Source of the DNA: Veillonella parvula
Lineage (GTDB): Bacteria; Bacillota; Negativicutes; Veillonellales; Veillonellaceae
Length of the DNA: 64,000 nt
Assembly (NCBI RefSeq): GCF_032575955.1
Contig: NZ_JAWFXN010000002.1
Span: forward strand, 159,458-223,457
Reading direction: 5' to 3'
Shown here: one piece after another, positions 1 through 8,701 of the stretch
Layout of the letters: each line of letters opens with the position of its first letter
Position numbering within the stretch: position 1 is the stretch's first letter
Notes under the pieces: generated by a model
Told to the model about the DNA's origin: nothing
The model's input: the letters and a program-made list of their open reading frames with translations, nothing else
Databases searched by the model: none
Program-made: the position numbers and the translations under genes

Positions 1-380
1 TAAGTATTATCGAATCTTTGCAAGGGAAACACCACAAGGTTTGTATGGTTGGCGACGGAATTAACGATGCTCCGGCTATGAAGACTGCTGATGTGAGTAT
101 TGCAATGGGGACTATTGGTAGTGATATTGCCATAGAAACAGCTGATATTGCATTGATGAGTGAAGATCTTAGCAAAATTCCTTATATTAAGCGACTATCA
201 GATGCTACGATTAGAACTATTAAATTTAGTATTGCTTTATCAATGGCCATTAATTGTATCGCTATTATTCTCTCATTGCTTGAGGTTTTGACGCCTACTA
301 CAGGTGCATTAGTGCATAATGTGGGATCTTGTTTAGTGGTCCTCATCGCTGCCCGTTTGTATGATAGAAAGTTTATTTAA
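1..380 (+). CDS. Heavy-metal (P1B-type) P-type ATPase, C-terminal fragment. The 5' end lies outside the window.
   Basis: The frame is open from the window edge. It contains the hinge motif VGDGINDAPAM, followed by two hydrophobic helices and a stop at 378-380. Confidence 0.85.
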   Translation, partial: SIIESLQGKHHKVCMVGDGINDAPAMKTADVSIAMGTIGSDIAIETADIALMSEDLSKIPYIKRLSDATIRTIKFSIALSMAINCIAIILSLLEVLTPTTGALVHNVGSCLVVLIAARLYDRKFI

Positions 381-388
381 ATGCAATA

Positions 389-420
389 AGAGCCGTCCCC
401 GGTTGTATGGGGGCGGCTCT
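389..420. terminator. GC-rich hairpin between convergent genes
   Basis: AGAGCCGTCCCC-N8-GGGGGCGGCTCT, a 12-bp stem with one G-U pair. It lies between the ATPase stop and the pflA stop. Confidence 0.5.
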
Positions 421-499
421 ATTGATTAGGGCTATCATAGATCAAGTTTTGGTATATATATTTATATATATCAAGGGAGGTAGTTATCCTCAAACTTGA

Positions 500-1276
500 T
501 TATGATTGATGTTGTGTTTTGATGGGACTCCACCAATGGCGTCTATAGGCCTTGATGCCTTCCACCACGGTTCTTGTCGCCTTAGCTGCAATATCTTTCG
601 TTGCAGCTGGGATGCCCTCTAGGCGATAAGGAATACCTAACTCCTTATATTTAGCAATACCCATAACGTGATAAGGTAAGCAATCAACGGCTTGTAAATT
701 TTTCAGAGATCCTAGAAAAAAGCCTAGACGATAGTGACGATCGGCATTATCTGTAATCGTAGGGACTACTACGTGACGAACCCAAATCGGAACTTCCACG
801 TCTGCCGTCAATCGAGCAAACCCGAGAATGGGCTCTAACGGTTTACCTGTTAACCATAAATGCTTGGCTGGATCGATTTCCTTAATGTCTAGGATGACGA
901 GACTAGTCACACTGAGTAATTTACGGTATGCCACCTCTTGGTGGGGGTCAAAACAAATTCCACTTGTATCTAAACAGGTATGGACGTTTCTTTCACGGAA
1001 ATATGTGAAAAGCTCAATAACAAAGTCGATTTGCATAAGAGCTTCCCCACCTGTGACGGTGATACCACCATTAGTATAAAATTGGCGGTTACGTTCGTAC
1101 TGGTCCCATAATTCCTTTACGGTCATGAATTTAGCATTATCGCTAGTTTCATCCCATGTGTCAGGATTATGGCAATAAGCACAGCGCATGGGGCATCCTT
1201 GAAGAAATACCACCATGCGCATGCCTGGACCATCAACCGTACCCATCGTTTCAACCGAATGAATACGTCCAGTCAT
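500..1276 (-). CDS. pflA: Pyruvate formate-lyase activating enzyme (radical SAM)
   Basis: 258 aa. It has the N-terminal GxVDGPGxR motif and the CPMRCAYCHN CxxxCxxC cluster. It starts 12 nt downstream of the glycyl-radical ORF with a GAGG SD. Confidence 0.9.
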   Translation of the reverse strand: MTGRIHSVETMGTVDGPGMRMVVFLQGCPMRCAYCHNPDTWDETSDNAKFMTVKELWDQYERNRQFYTNGGITVTGGEALMQIDFVIELFTYFRERNVHTCLDTSGICFDPHQEVAYRKLLSVTSLVILDIKEIDPAKHLWLTGKPLEPILGFARLTADVEVPIWVRHVVVPTITDNADRHYRLGFFLGSLKNLQAVDCLPYHVMGIAKYKELGIPYRLEGIPAATKDIAAKATRTVVEGIKAYRRHWWSPIKTQHQS

Positions 1277-1288
1277 AGGAAACCTCGA

Positions 1289-1525
1289 TTAGATACGTTG
1301 ATGGAATGTACGGGAAATAACTTCGTCCTGTTGTTGTTTTGTCAATTTGTTGAAGTGCACCGCATAACCGGATACACGAATCGTCAATTGAGGGTACAAC
1401 TCAGGATGTTTTTGAGCGTCTAACAATGTTTCACGAGTGAACACGTTAACGTTCAAATGATGGCCGCCCTTTTGGGAATAACCATCCAATAACTCTACCA
1501 AGTTATCAACTTGTTGGTTGCTCAT
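1289..1525 (-). CDS. Stand-alone glycyl-radical domain protein. It is GrcA/YfiD-like and equivalent to the C-terminal ~60 residues of PflB.
   Basis: 78 aa containing [10 protein letters not shown]...[15 protein letters not shown], the glycyl-radical fingerprint. It has its own AAAGGAGG SD 7 nt upstream of the ATG. Confidence 0.85.
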   Translation of the reverse strand: MSNQQVDNLVELLDGYSQKGGHHLNVNVFTRETLLDAQKHPELYPQLTIRVSGYAVHFNKLTKQQQDEVISRTFHQRI

Positions 1526-1600
1526 GGGTATAACCTCCTTTCAACCAAGACTAACACACGTATCGGTGCCGGTGAAAGCAATCCGATACTGTGGAAGATT

Positions 1601-3718
1601 TTATTTATCTTCCTCTATAGTAACATTTGGTTCACTGCATGCGAAGTTTGTATTGCTGTTAGGCAATTGAGATGGATCTAACTCAATATCAAAATCGCTA
1701 ACGGAAACAAATGTTTCACCAGATTTACCTAATGCGTCCGGAATGATAGAGAAGGTATTAGAAATACCATCGGAGCAATCACGCCATGGCATTTTAGCTA
1801 CGGATGCCAATGAAGATACGGCACCGTGAGAATCACGACCGTGCATTGGGTTCGCGCCAGGAGCGAAAGCTTCGCCAGCTTTACGGCCGTCTGGAGTAGA
1901 ACCTGTAGCAGTACCATATACTACGTTGGAAGTAATTGTTAACAAGCTCATAGTAGGAACGGATTGACGATATGTAGGATGTTTACGAATTTTGTTCATA
2001 AATGTGGAAACAACTTTTGCTGCCAAGCCATCTACACGGTCATCATCGTTACCATATTTAGGGAAGTCGCCTTCGATTTCGAAATCGACAGCGATGCCAT
2101 TTTCATCACGAATAGGTTTTACTTTAGCATATTTAATAGCGGATAAGGAGTCTGCTACTACGGATAAACCAGCGATACCAGTTGCAAACCAACGAGTTAC
2201 CTTGCGGTCATGCAAGGCCATTTCTAGTTTTTCATAAGCATATTTATCGTGCATGTAGTGAATGATGTTTAATGCATTTACATATACGCCTGCCAACCAT
2301 TCCATCATGTCGTCGAATTTTTCCCATACTTCGTCGAATTCTAAGTATTCGGAAGTGATAGGACGGTATTTAGGACCAATTTGTTTCTTCAACTTTTCGT
2401 CAACACCGCCATTGATTGCGTAAAGCAAGCATTTAGCTAAGTTGGAACGAGCACCGAAGAATTGCATTTCTTTACCAATACGCATTGGGGATACGCAACA
2501 TGCGATTGCGTAGTCATCACCAGAGTTAGGGCGCATCAATTCATCATTCTCGTATTGAATGGAAGATGTTTCAATGGATAATTTTGCGCAGAAACGGCGG
2601 AAGCCGATCGGCATGCGAGGGGACCATAATACAGTGAGGTTTGGTTCTGGAGCAGGACCAAGATTAGTCAATGTATGTAGGTAACGGAAGGACATCTTGG
2701 AAACCAATGTACGGCCGTCAGTACCCATACCACCGATGGATTCAGTCGTCCAAACAGGGTCACCTGTGAACAAATTGTTGTATTCGTGGATACGTGCGAA
2801 GCGAACCATACGCAATTTCATGATGAAATGATCTACGAATTCCTGGATTTGCTCTTCTGTGTATGTGCCGTTGCGAAGGTCTCGTTCCGCATAGATATCG
2901 AGGAATGTGGAGTTACGGCCGATGGACATAGCAGCACCGTTTTGCTCTTTAATGGCACCAAGATAGCCGAAGTAAATCCATTGCATAGCTTCACGAACAT
3001 CCTTAGCTGGTTTGGAAATATCATAGCCATAGGACGCTGCCATCTCTTTCAATTCTTTCAAAGAACGGATTTGATCTTGTATTTCTTCACGGTCGCGAAT
3101 GACATCCTCTAGCATGTCACCCATTGTGATGCTAAATTGTTCTTTTTTATCTTCAATGAGATAATCAACACCGTAAAGAGCGATACGGCGATAGTCACCG
3201 ATAATACGACCGCGGCTGTACGCATCTGGCAAACCAGTTACAATATGAGCTGTACGTGCAGCACGCATTTCTGGAGTATATACATCAAATACGCCATCAT
3301 TGTGAGTTTTGCGATGTTTCTTGAAGAAGTCCTCTGTTTGCGGATCCATTTTGAATCCGTATTCTTCGATAGCGGATTTTGCCGTACGCAAACCACCATA
3401 TGGGAACATAGCGCGTTTCAAAGGTTTGTCAGTTTGCAAACCAACGATTGTTTCAAGGTCTTTGTCGATATATCCTGGCGCATGGGCAGTAATGTGTGTG
3501 GCCACAGAAGTATCAGCATCGAGCATGCCGCCTTTTTCACGTTCTTCTTCATAAAGCTTCATTACTTGTTCCCACAATTTTGTTGTTCGTTCTGTAGGAC
3601 CAGCAAGGAAGGAATCGTCCCCTTCATAGGGAATATAGTTTCTTTGAATAAAGTCGCGTACATCAACGGCTTTATCCCACACACCTGTGTTAAAATCTTT
3701 CCATGCAGTATGTTGCAT
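1601..3718 (-). CDS. pflB: Formate C-acetyltransferase (pyruvate formate-lyase) core lacking the glycyl-radical domain
   Basis: 706 aa from ATG 3718 with a GGAGGTG SD. It is colinear with the PflB family and includes the catalytic Cys-Cys motif (AIACCVSPM). It ends in a 37-aa non-homologous tail immediately after ...PDALGKSGE. Confidence 0.9.
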   Translation of the reverse strand: MQHTAWKDFNTGVWDKAVDVRDFIQRNYIPYEGDDSFLAGPTERTTKLWEQVMKLYEEEREKGGMLDADTSVATHITAHAPGYIDKDLETIVGLQTDKPLKRAMFPYGGLRTAKSAIEEYGFKMDPQTEDFFKKHRKTHNDGVFDVYTPEMRAARTAHIVTGLPDAYSRGRIIGDYRRIALYGVDYLIEDKKEQFSITMGDMLEDVIRDREEIQDQIRSLKELKEMAASYGYDISKPAKDVREAMQWIYFGYLGAIKEQNGAAMSIGRNSTFLDIYAERDLRNGTYTEEQIQEFVDHFIMKLRMVRFARIHEYNNLFTGDPVWTTESIGGMGTDGRTLVSKMSFRYLHTLTNLGPAPEPNLTVLWSPRMPIGFRRFCAKLSIETSSIQYENDELMRPNSGDDYAIACCVSPMRIGKEMQFFGARSNLAKCLLYAINGGVDEKLKKQIGPKYRPITSEYLEFDEVWEKFDDMMEWLAGVYVNALNIIHYMHDKYAYEKLEMALHDRKVTRWFATGIAGLSVVADSLSAIKYAKVKPIRDENGIAVDFEIEGDFPKYGNDDDRVDGLAAKVVSTFMNKIRKHPTYRQSVPTMSLLTITSNVVYGTATGSTPDGRKAGEAFAPGANPMHGRDSHGAVSSLASVAKMPWRDCSDGISNTFSIIPDALGKSGETFVSVSDFDIELDPSQLPNSNTNFACSEPNVTIEEDK

Positions 3719-4217
3719 TTTGCACCTCCATAAAAGGATATAACTATAGATTTCTATGCCTATAGTGTACAATGTTTGTAACAATTCCACAATGAATAGA
3801 TGATATAGATTTTCAATACATACTATGCGATTTTGTGAAGTATCTCATAAACTTCCATAAGCTAAATTGTTTGAATACACCAGTATATATAGGTTTGTAT
3901 GAGTTTTTGCTTTTTGTGATTTTATTTAATGTATATATAATAATATGAAATTGCATATCAATATTGTTAAGAAGTCTTGGATACTGATTTTTATTAATAA
4001 TATTGGATAGCTTATATTTGTGTATAGTTCAAGCGGTCGTTTACATCTTGTACAGAATTAGCCTGTAAGTCTTTATAAATGCACGTATATTGTGATGCTA
4101 CGGAACGTTGCTGGACAAGAAAACAAGCGTTTCTTTTCTTCATTGATACTATGTACTATACTCTGAGCAGCTCTTGTTGAAGAGTAACTGATATTGCCTA
4201 AAATAGGAGGTCACATT

Positions 4218-5090
4218 ATGGATTTTAATGAAAAATTACGGGAGTATAGAAAACAATTCGGATTATCTCAGGGAAAATTGGCGGAAACGCTCAATGTGTC
4301 AAGACAGGCCATAACAAAATGGGAATCGGGCAATGGGATGCCGGATATTTCGAATTTAAAGGCTCTTTCAGGTGTATTCCATGTCTCTGTGGATGAATTA
4401 CTTTCAGAAGAAGCGGTTAAACCTCGATATCCTTATGAAAGTATTGTAGAATACGATATCGATGAGATAAAACATTTCGACATTAAACTGGGTTCTGTTA
4501 ATCGCGTAAAAATGAGAGCTGGAGAGGGTGAGAAGATAAAGGTTCAACTGGTCAGTGATACTATTGAAAATTTGACGGAACTGGTGAAAGTAAAAATCGA
4601 TGATATCAAAAGGCGTATCGATGTGGATGTAAATCGTTCCAAATCCTTATGTGAAGAGCTTGTAAAAGAACATCTGTCGATTTTTATAAATTTGCCTGAA
4701 AAATATATGGGAGATACGGAGTTAGCGACCCATTGTGAGAAACTGGAGCTATTTGATATTATTAGTGAAAAGTTTGAGCTAGATGGAGAGGCTAAAGAAA
4801 TTTATATTGCCGGCGGTAACAGTCATATAGAGTTGGATAACAACTCTCCAATGGAGATATATATAGCGGATTATACGGGGCGAATTGATGTGAATCAGAT
4901 ATCGGCGAAATCTCGGCTGCATGTCCCTCACGAGTATGCTTTCAAAGCGGTGAAAAAAGGTATTCGCACTAAATTGCTCTTTGAAGATCGTGGACATCTT
5001 GTAGACGATTTTTCTGTGTCTGAATCAGAAAATCAAATTGAAATTAATGGAATCAATAGTGAACTTACAATAGTCAAGTTAAGTGAATAG
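4218..5090 (+). CDS. XRE-family HTH protein with a beta-strand-rich C-terminal domain (DUF4097/toastrack-like, tentative)
   Basis: AGGAGG SD 7 nt before ATG 4218. The N-terminus LSQGKLAETLNVSRQAITKWESG is a classic HTH_3 motif. The C-terminal 200 aa are repetitive beta-type sequence. Confidence 0.7.
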   Translation: MDFNEKLREYRKQFGLSQGKLAETLNVSRQAITKWESGNGMPDISNLKALSGVFHVSVDELLSEEAVKPRYPYESIVEYDIDEIKHFDIKLGSVNRVKMRAGEGEKIKVQLVSDTIENLTELVKVKIDDIKRRIDVDVNRSKSLCEELVKEHLSIFINLPEKYMGDTELATHCEKLELFDIISEKFELDGEAKEIYIAGGNSHIELDNNSPMEIYIADYTGRIDVNQISAKSRLHVPHEYAFKAVKKGIRTKLLFEDRGHLVDDFSVSESENQIEINGINSELTIVKLSE

Positions 5091-5120
5091 TTGTATTAAT
5101 TATATGGACATATTTGCTAC

Positions 5121-5225
5121 ATAGTTTTCATAAAGCGTTATTATTTGTTCCAACGACTTTGTTACACATTTTGTAGGTCCCATAAGGAAGAAATCATCCC
5201 CTTCATAGGAATAAAAAGTATGATT
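5121..5225 (-). pseudogene. Relic of the N-terminal region of a PFL-like glycyl-radical enzyme
   Basis: The minus-strand translation NHTFYSYEGDDFFLMGPTKCVTKSLEQIITLYENY aligns with PflB residues [34 protein letters not shown]. By eye, the nucleotide similarity to 3555-3645 is clearly above chance. Stops flank it on both sides. Confidence 0.55.
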
Positions 5226-5403
5226 TAATTTATTGTAGTGTTAGGGGTATATTATGGTACTATTGAGATAGTGTTATTAAGCTATAAAACATGTAGATAA
5301 CATGATCTTGGTAGAATGAATCAAAATAGAAATAATTTGGATAGAATATACGTTAATCAAAGTGGATTATAAGATCGTATAGGCGAATACTATTGAAAGG
5401 CGG

Positions 5404-6276
5404 ATGTTAATGACAAATCGAAAGAAAGCACTTTTAGGTGCATCTGCTACAATTGCTGTATGGGCTACTGCATTTCCTTTCAGTAAAATAGCATTACAAT
5501 CCGTAGATTCATTAACACTTTCTGTGGCAAGGGTTATGGGTGGGGCCTTACTTATGCTGGTAATCGGTGTTGTAAAAGGCTTACACATACCGACAACATG
5601 GCGTGAGTGGGGACTATATATTCTGTTAGGCGCCACAGGGAATTTTGTTTACCAAGTTGTTTTTAATGAAGGTTTGCGCACAATTCCGGCGGCCACATCC
5701 AGTATTATTATGGCTTTGACTCCGATGACGACGGCACTGATGGCCATGATTGTTTATAAAGATAAAATACGCCCCATAGGCTGGTTATTTACAATAACAG
5801 CTTTTATAGGTGTAGCCATAATTATTCTTTGGAATTCAACCCTTACAATTCCTACAGGTGCATTATGGACTTTGCTGGGGATGATACTCTTTGCAGTTTA
5901 TAATATCCTAAATCGTGGCCTTAGTTTAAAAGGATGTAAGCCTATCACTATCGCCATGTGGTCTATGTTTACAGGTGCCATTATGGCTTTGCCTTTTGCG
6001 GAACATGCCATTGAAATGATTGCTGTGGCACCGATTAGTGCAAAATTTGCCATGGCCTATTTAGCATTTCTTTCTAGTGCGTTAGGCTTTGTTTTCTGGA
6101 GCTATGCCTTGGAACATGCGGAAAAGGTTTCAGATGTAACCAACTTTATGTATATCTCGCCCATAGTGGCAGCTATTGTAGCCGCATTTTTATTGGGAGA
6201 AATTCCTAATATGGGGCTCTATATTGGGGCACCTATCATTTTGGGGTCATTATTCTTGTTTAATCGATTTAGGTGA
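5404..6276 (+). CDS. EamA/DMT-family transporter
   Basis: 290 aa with about 10 predicted TM helices and two EamA-like halves. Confidence 0.8.
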   Translation: MLMTNRKKALLGASATIAVWATAFPFSKIALQSVDSLTLSVARVMGGALLMLVIGVVKGLHIPTTWREWGLYILLGATGNFVYQVVFNEGLRTIPAATSSIIMALTPMTTALMAMIVYKDKIRPIGWLFTITAFIGVAIIILWNSTLTIPTGALWTLLGMILFAVYNILNRGLSLKGCKPITIAMWSMFTGAIMALPFAEHAIEMIAVAPISAKFAMAYLAFLSSALGFVFWSYALEHAEKVSDVTNFMYISPIVAAIVAAFLLGEIPNMGLYIGAPIILGSLFLFNRFR

Positions 6277-6291
6277 TTAGATTGGATATAA

Positions 6292-6374
6292 AAAAGACGT
6301 ACACAGTATAGCAATTTTGGCTTTGTCTCGAATGAGACAGACTTGGCCTGTGAAAGCATATGTGTACGTCTTTT
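6292..6374. terminator. Nested bidirectional hairpin
   Basis: The outer arms are AAAAGACGTACACA / TGTGTACGTCTTTT and the inner hairpin is GTCTC-gaat-GAGAC. It sits between convergent genes. Confidence 0.55.
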
Positions 6375-6383
6375 GTATTTGTC

Positions 6384-6689
6384 TTATACTGTCATTCCTG
6401 CAGCATAGTTTTCATATAGTTCTTTATAGTGACCACCGCGTTTGATGAGTTCGTGGTGTGTTCCTTGTTCTGTGATAGTGCCGGTAAAAATCCAAGTATC
6501 TTGCAGTACCATGCCTACCGTTTTGTGTAAGCTTTCACGAGATACGTCGCGAATATCTACGCCATCGTTGATGATTGTGGCCGTTAAGGTTGGTATATAT
6601 AATGTGCCTGCCACGGTGAGTAACGAAAGAATTGATATGATGATGACTGGAAACCATAAAGATTTTATATAGCGTATAAAAGGTTTCAT
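6384..6689 (-). pseudogene. Internally deleted ABC exporter (fused TMD-NBD type) remnant
   Basis: The 101-aa ORF joins the first TM helix of an ABC exporter (MKPFIRYIKSLWFPVIIISILSLLTVAGTLYIPTLTATIINDGV) directly to NBD pieces (DIRDVSRESLHKTVGMVLQDTWIFTGTI and EQGTHHELIKRGGHYKELYENY). Walker A, the signature motif and Walker B are missing. Confidence 0.6.
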
Positions 6690-6897
6690 TTAAATCCTTT
6701 CAGTAATTTTAATTAAATTAATAATTTTCGATATTTATATTATATTGTATAAAATCAAAATTATCTAGTAAATACTATTACTAAAATTTTGGCATCAATC
6801 AATAAGTATTATGACGAATATTATATTCTCACTAAAAAATTTCTGCTATACTGTATTAGCAATTTTGCAGTTTTATTTTTAGTAAGGAGTGTTCTTA

Positions 6898-8364
6898 ATG
6901 AAGTTGAATTGGAAATTATTCGCACCGCTTGTGGTAGCTATTCTTGTATGGCTCATCGGTGCGCCTGAAGGTCTTAGTCCAAATTCTTGGATTTATGTAA
7001 GTATTTTTGCAGGCCTTGTGGTGGGGTTGATTTTAGAACCAATGCCACCAGCTTTCATCGGTATCATTGCTGTTACCGTATCTATGTTATTTAAGGTTGG
7101 TCCAGCACCTATTATAGACAAAGCAACTGGTGTAGCAAAGGCTATTACGGATGCCCAAGCTATCAGCTGGGGACTTAGCGGTTTCTCTAATGCTATCGTG
7201 TGGTTGATATTCGCAGCATTTATGATCGGTATCGGTTATGAAAATTCTGGTCTTGGTCGACGTATCGCATTGTTCTTGGTAGCAAAGCTTGGAAAGTCCT
7301 CTTTAGGTCTTGGGTATGCTATTGCTATTACTGACCTTGTGTTGGCTCCATTTATTCCAAGTAATGCGGCTCGTTCTGGTGGTACGATTTATCCAATTGT
7401 ATCCAGTATTTGTCCGATGTTCGATTCTTACCCCGATAAGAATCCTCGTAAAATTGGTTCCTATTTGAACTGGGTAGCATTGGCAACAACTTGTGTATCT
7501 AGCTCTATTTTCTTGACTGGTGCGGCGCCAAATCCATTGGCTCTTGAATTGTCTGCAAAGTCGGGTATCGTAGCGGCAAACTGGGGCACATGGTTCCTAG
7601 CATTCTTGCCAGTGGGTATTATACTATTTATCATCACACCATTATTGACCTATGTATTCTGTAAACCGGAGGTAAAAGGGTCCCCTGAAATTGCAGCATG
7701 GGCAAGGGATGAATATAAGAAATTAGGTTCCATGACACGCAGTGAAATTTTCATGGCCTTGATTTCTGTGTTAGCTCTTGTATTGTGGATTGGGGCTTCT
7801 ACATTTAAAATAAACCCAACTACAACGGCTTTAATTGTTATTATCTTGATGATTTTTACTAAGATTATGACATGGCAAGACTTCCTTGCTAACAAACCAG
7901 CATGGAATGTTTTGACTTGGTTTGCTACACTCGTACCTATGGCTTCTGGCCTTAAAAATGTAGGTTTCTTAGACTGGCTTGCTAAATCTGCTGGTGGTTC
8001 TTTGGTTTCTTTAGATCCTACAATGGCAGTTCTTGGCTTGTTATTAGCATTCTGCTTACTTCGTTACTTCTTTGCTTCTGGCACTGCTTATGTAACAGCT
8101 ATGGTAGGTTTGTTTGCTACTCTAATTCTTCAGATTCCTGGTATTGATCCAGCTCAAGTTATGTTAATTCTTTTAGTACCAATGGGTATTATGGGTATCC
8201 TTACACCATATGGTACTGGTCACAGTCCAATCTGGTTTGCTAGTGGCTATAACAAAGGTCCTGAATTCTGGAAATTAGGCGCTATCTTTGGGATTATCTA
8301 CCTTGCGATATTTATCGTGGTGGGGATTCCATGGATTCAGTTCGTAATGCCACTTTTAGGATAA
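6898..8364 (+). CDS. DASS-family anion:cation symporter/antiporter (di/tricarboxylate or tartrate/succinate type)
   Basis: About 488 aa and polytopic. It has an SNAARSGG-type hairpin motif. The AAGGAG SD lies 8 nt before ATG 6898. Confidence 0.8.
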   Translation: MKLNWKLFAPLVVAILVWLIGAPEGLSPNSWIYVSIFAGLVVGLILEPMPPAFIGIIAVTVSMLFKVGPAPIIDKATGVAKAITDAQAISWGLSGFSNAIVWLIFAAFMIGIGYENSGLGRRIALFLVAKLGKSSLGLGYAIAITDLVLAPFIPSNAARSGGTIYPIVSSICPMFDSYPDKNPRKIGSYLNWVALATTCVSSSIFLTGAAPNPLALELSAKSGIVAANWGTWFLAFLPVGIILFIITPLLTYVFCKPEVKGSPEIAAWARDEYKKLGSMTRSEIFMALISVLALVLWIGASTFKINPTTTALIVIILMIFTKIMTWQDFLANKPAWNVLTWFATLVPMASGLKNVGFLDWLAKSAGGSLVSLDPTMAVLGLLLAFCLLRYFFASGTAYVTAMVGLFATLILQIPGIDPAQVMLILLVPMGIMGILTPYGTGHSPIWFASGYNKGPEFWKLGAIFGIIYLAIFIVVGIPWIQFVMPLLG

Positions 8365-8372
8365 AGTGCTCC

Positions 8373-8440
8373 GCCGCATTGTATCTCCTTGCGCTCCATT
8401 CGCTGCAAGTCGCTTAGTAGATACAATGCGGCTTCTTTTT
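8373..8440 (+). terminator. Long-stem intrinsic terminator after the DASS gene
   Basis: GCCGCATTGTATCT-N32-AGATACAATGCGGC followed by TTCTTTTT. Confidence 0.6.
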
Positions 8441-8605
8441 ATCCTGAAATGGCAATACTCACTTTGGGAAAAGCAAGTCGAGCTTAAAGAACACTACGAG
8501 GGGCTTTCTTTATATCCGAAAATGGCATAACTCACTTCGAGGGGCAAGTCGCTTAGTAGATACAACGCGGCTTTTTTTATTTTAAAATGGCAATATTCGA
8601 CAAAT
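8405..8605. repeat. Three tandem copies of a roughly 70-nt unit
   Basis: The units begin with GCAAGTCG at 8405, 8473 and 8545. Each carries a T-run followed by GAAA(A)TGGCA(A/T)A(A/C)(C)TCACTT. Copies 1 and 3 are near-identical and copy 2 has diverged. Confidence 0.6.
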
Positions 8606-8614
8606 CTAAGAAAA

Positions 8615-8646
8615 TAAATATAATATAATATAATATAATATAATAT
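8615..8646. repeat. Pentanucleotide microsatellite (TAATA)5 with flanking partial units
   Basis: There are perfect TAATA x5 repeats at 8621-8645, about 55 nt upstream of the PACE transporter start. Confidence 0.8.
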
Positions 8647-8701
8647 TGATATGATAGTAAATATCTTTTTTTGAGTTTTCTGATGGAGGTAGTTTATTAT
8701 T

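Noticed and set aside
1517-1714. I considered whether the 198-nt interruption of pflB is a small group I intron. Its size is close to the smallest known bacterial group I introns, it is rich in hairpins, and the upstream exon could end in U with the element ending in G at ATG.
   Set aside because: I could not find a P1 helix with the required U-G pair next to an internal guide sequence, or any P7/P3/P4-P6 core consensus. A strong AAAGGAGG SD plus ATG sits exactly at the restart of homology, which argues for separate translation. The idea is kept only as an alternative to be tested under the main finding.
3137-3733. A 198-aa plus-strand ORF, with several shorter ones at 1964-2237, 2786-3112 and 3309-3554.
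   Set aside because: They lie entirely antisense to the strongly conserved pflB coding sequence. They have no SD, their composition is low-complexity, and they resemble no protein family.
3719-4217. I looked for an FNR/CRP-type site (TTGAT-N4-ATCAA) in the pflB upstream region.
   Set aside because: Only a loose TTGCATATCAA is present, with the wrong spacing. That is insufficient to call a site.
8405-8605. I considered whether the tandem ~70-nt units could be a CRISPR array.
   Set aside because: The units are contiguous with no unique spacers between short repeats. There are only three copies, one of them diverged, and no cas genes are in the window.
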